Part shown: positions 62,414 through 64,000 of the stretch, piece after piece
Layout of the letters: the number at the start of each line of letters is the position of its first letter
How positions within the stretch are numbered: position 1 is the first letter of the stretch
Virus record (IMG/VR): IMGVR_UViG_3300044658_000058
Coordinates: 1 to 64,000 of that record
From: a virus
Reading direction: 5' to 3' (one strand)
DNA: 64,000 nt
Notes under the pieces: model-generated
Database searches by the model: none
The model's input: only the letters and a program-made list of their open reading frames with translations
What the model was told of the DNA's origin: nothing
Program-made: the position numbers and the translations under genes

Positions 62414-62974
62414 TTAGATATCAGTACCGCCAGCGAAGCCAGTTGTGCTTTGATCACCAGATGTCCAGTAGTCAACGGAGAACGTCACCGGATAGCTGAT
62501 AACGTCATCCTGTCCCCAATCCATGCCGATAGCACCAACAGAGATAGGCCAAATACCGTTGAACTTGTATTCACGAAGAACGTTGCCATTCTGTGAGTAC
62601 AAAGTAACGTCAGCAATAGACTTGTATAGAGTCTGTTCAGAAGTTGGGAGTCTTCTAATGTTGCCAATTGGAGAGTTGATTGAGTTTACCCATTCTTCCA
62701 TTGCGTTACGGATCAAATGATCTTCATCACCAATGATTGTAACTTCCCAATCGGAATAGTTCTGGGTTACACCAGCAACCTTGATCGCACGACCGAAGTA
62801 ATTAACCGCAATAGGGTTTGTGTCCTTCTGTGGAACGTTGGTTGCACGGCAAAGGAATGGAAGAACCGAGTCAGCCTGTCCGTTTACCGGGTTGGTGATT
62901 TTCACCTGAAAGAGGTTCGTTCTTGCGCCACCATAACGGAGAGCCGAACGGAATGAGTTGATATTAAAAGCCAT
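62414..62974 (-). CDS. 19: Tail tube protein gp19
   Basis: GGARTNLF, YFGR.IK.AG, WP..VGAI..DW. Confidence 0.93.
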   Translation of the reverse strand: MAFNINSFRSALRYGGARTNLFQVKITNPVNGQADSVLPFLCRATNVPQKDTNPIAVNYFGRAIKVAGVTQNYSDWEVTIIGDEDHLIRNAMEEWVNSINSPIGNIRRLPTSEQTLYKSIADVTLYSQNGNVLREYKFNGIWPISVGAIGMDWGQDDVISYPVTFSVDYWTSGDQSTTGFAGGTDI

Positions 62975-63023
62975 GGTTAACTCCCAAGTTTCTTATTATT
63001 TTACTTATATTTAGACGAAAAAA

Positions 63024-63046
63024 GGCTGGTGCCAAAGACACCAGCC
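63024..63046 (-). terminator. Terminator between genes 18 and 19
   Basis: GGCTGGTG/CACCAGCC stem plus U tract. Confidence 0.7.
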
Positions 63047-63103
63047 CAAGGTTGTTAGTCTATATTCTTCTTATTATTGAAAGTATTTAGACTAACCAAT
63101 TTA

Positions 63104-64000
63104 TTACTCACCAAACTTGCCAACGATTTCTTCGAAGGCCACACCGGTACGTGTTGCGATGAAGTTCAAACGAATGAATTCAGCTACACGGGCTGGCTTA
63201 ATGTAAATGTCACCTACCATTTCGTTGCGGTCGATAACTTCTGGTGTGTTGTTTGTTTCGTCACAGACAACTTTGAAGTCATAGATGCCACGACGGCCCT
63301 GAATGTCACGCAAGAATGGTTCAACCATGTTGCGGAACTGTGCACGTGTGAATTCATCGTTGAATTCGAACAACTGGTAACGAGACGCCTTCGCAATCGC
63401 CTTTTCGAGAACGATGAACAGACGACGGACGTTGATGCGGTCGAACGCCGATGGCTTCGAAAGCAATGTCTTCTGTCCGAAGAGAACTGTTCCATCACCG
63501 GGGAATGTCGCCACCGGATTGATGTTGTTCTTGTAGAGCGTGTCACGGTCGGCCTGACGTGGGTTCCAAGCAAGCTTGATCACGTTCTTGATCTGGCCAC
63601 GGTTGAAACCGGCAGCGGCCCACCAAGGATCACGGTCTGTGTCGGTCTTAACGTGAAGACCGGCAATGTCGCCGTTCATTGGAACATAACGGTACAAATC
63701 GTTGTAACGGTCGTACTGCCATTTCCAGTTGTTATCCAAAGCAGCATATGAAGTAACAGGCAGAGTATTTCTGTATGTTACGATATCCGCAGCTTCGTCA
63801 CCCTTGTTATTTACGGCATATGAACGTGGTGGAGACAAGAATGCAACACAGTCCAAACGAACTTCGCAAATGTTGTTAATGATGTATGTTGCCAATGTCT
63901 GTGTAGCGTCCGAACCAATAAGGATCGAGACTTCAACGTCTTCCGGAGAAGCAAACATTGAGTAACCACGAATCTTTTCCGAATTTCCGATGGTTGTTCC
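63104..64000 (-). CDS. 18: Tail sheath protein gp18 (C-terminal part)
   Basis: AGFNRG, SAFDRINVRRLF, FEFND..TR, NNTPEVIDRN. Confidence 0.97.
   Translation of the reverse strand, partial: GTTIGNSEKIRGYSMFASPEDVEVSILIGSDATQTLATYIINNICEVRLDCVAFLSPPRSYAVNNKGDEAADIVTYRNTLPVTSYAALDNNWKWQYDRYNDLYRYVPMNGDIAGLHVKTDTDRDPWWAAAGFNRGQIKNVIKLAWNPRQADRDTLYKNNINPVATFPGDGTVLFGQKTLLSKPSAFDRINVRRLFIVLEKAIAKASRYQLFEFNDEFTRAQFRNMVEPFLRDIQGRRGIYDFKVVCDETNNTPEVIDRNEMVGDIYIKPARVAEFIRLNFIATRTGVAFEEIVGKFGE

Noticed and set aside
1-64000. Stop-codon reassignment or group I introns
   Set aside because: Core genes (nrdJ, thyX, 43, 23, 20) are continuous in the standard code, and no suppressor tRNA was seen.

Overview
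64 kb from a large T4-like (T4 superfamily) myovirus genome. The host is probably a rhizobium (inferred from a RopB/Omp25-type porin, an ExsH-like GH16 glycanase and a B12-dependent RNR). Most genes are on the minus strand. From the right end they run: tail sheath and tube (18, 19), portal, core proteins, protease, scaffold and capsid (20-23), a plus-strand tRNA/early island, gp3, uvsY, uvsW, gp55, 47, 46, a Thg1/PDF/CobS-CobT block, clamp, clamp loader and regA, gp43, uvsX, gp41, a nucleotidyltransferase triad, a cluster of putative capsid-packaged proteins, lysis genes, primase, thyX and nrdJ. The most striking unexplained structure is at 39355-39514 (minus): two tandem, circularly permuted tRNA-like genes. 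Each places its 3' half before its 5' half, is broken in the anticodon loop and has an 8-position acceptor stem. A sigma70 promoter would start transcription at the first 3' half, and a Thg1-like enzyme lies downstream on the same strand. Other notable items: near-systematic non-AUG starts in replication genes (ATA for gp43); a C1xA72 CAU tRNA lacking the three G:C anticodon-stem pairs; a tRNA-like RNA of unknown type; head 'polyproteins' built of modules joined by repeated EEVE(Q/R)LDELS linkers; and an Acb1-like phosphodiesterase with a capsid-targeting-like N-terminus. All calls come from motif recognition by eye; no searches were run.
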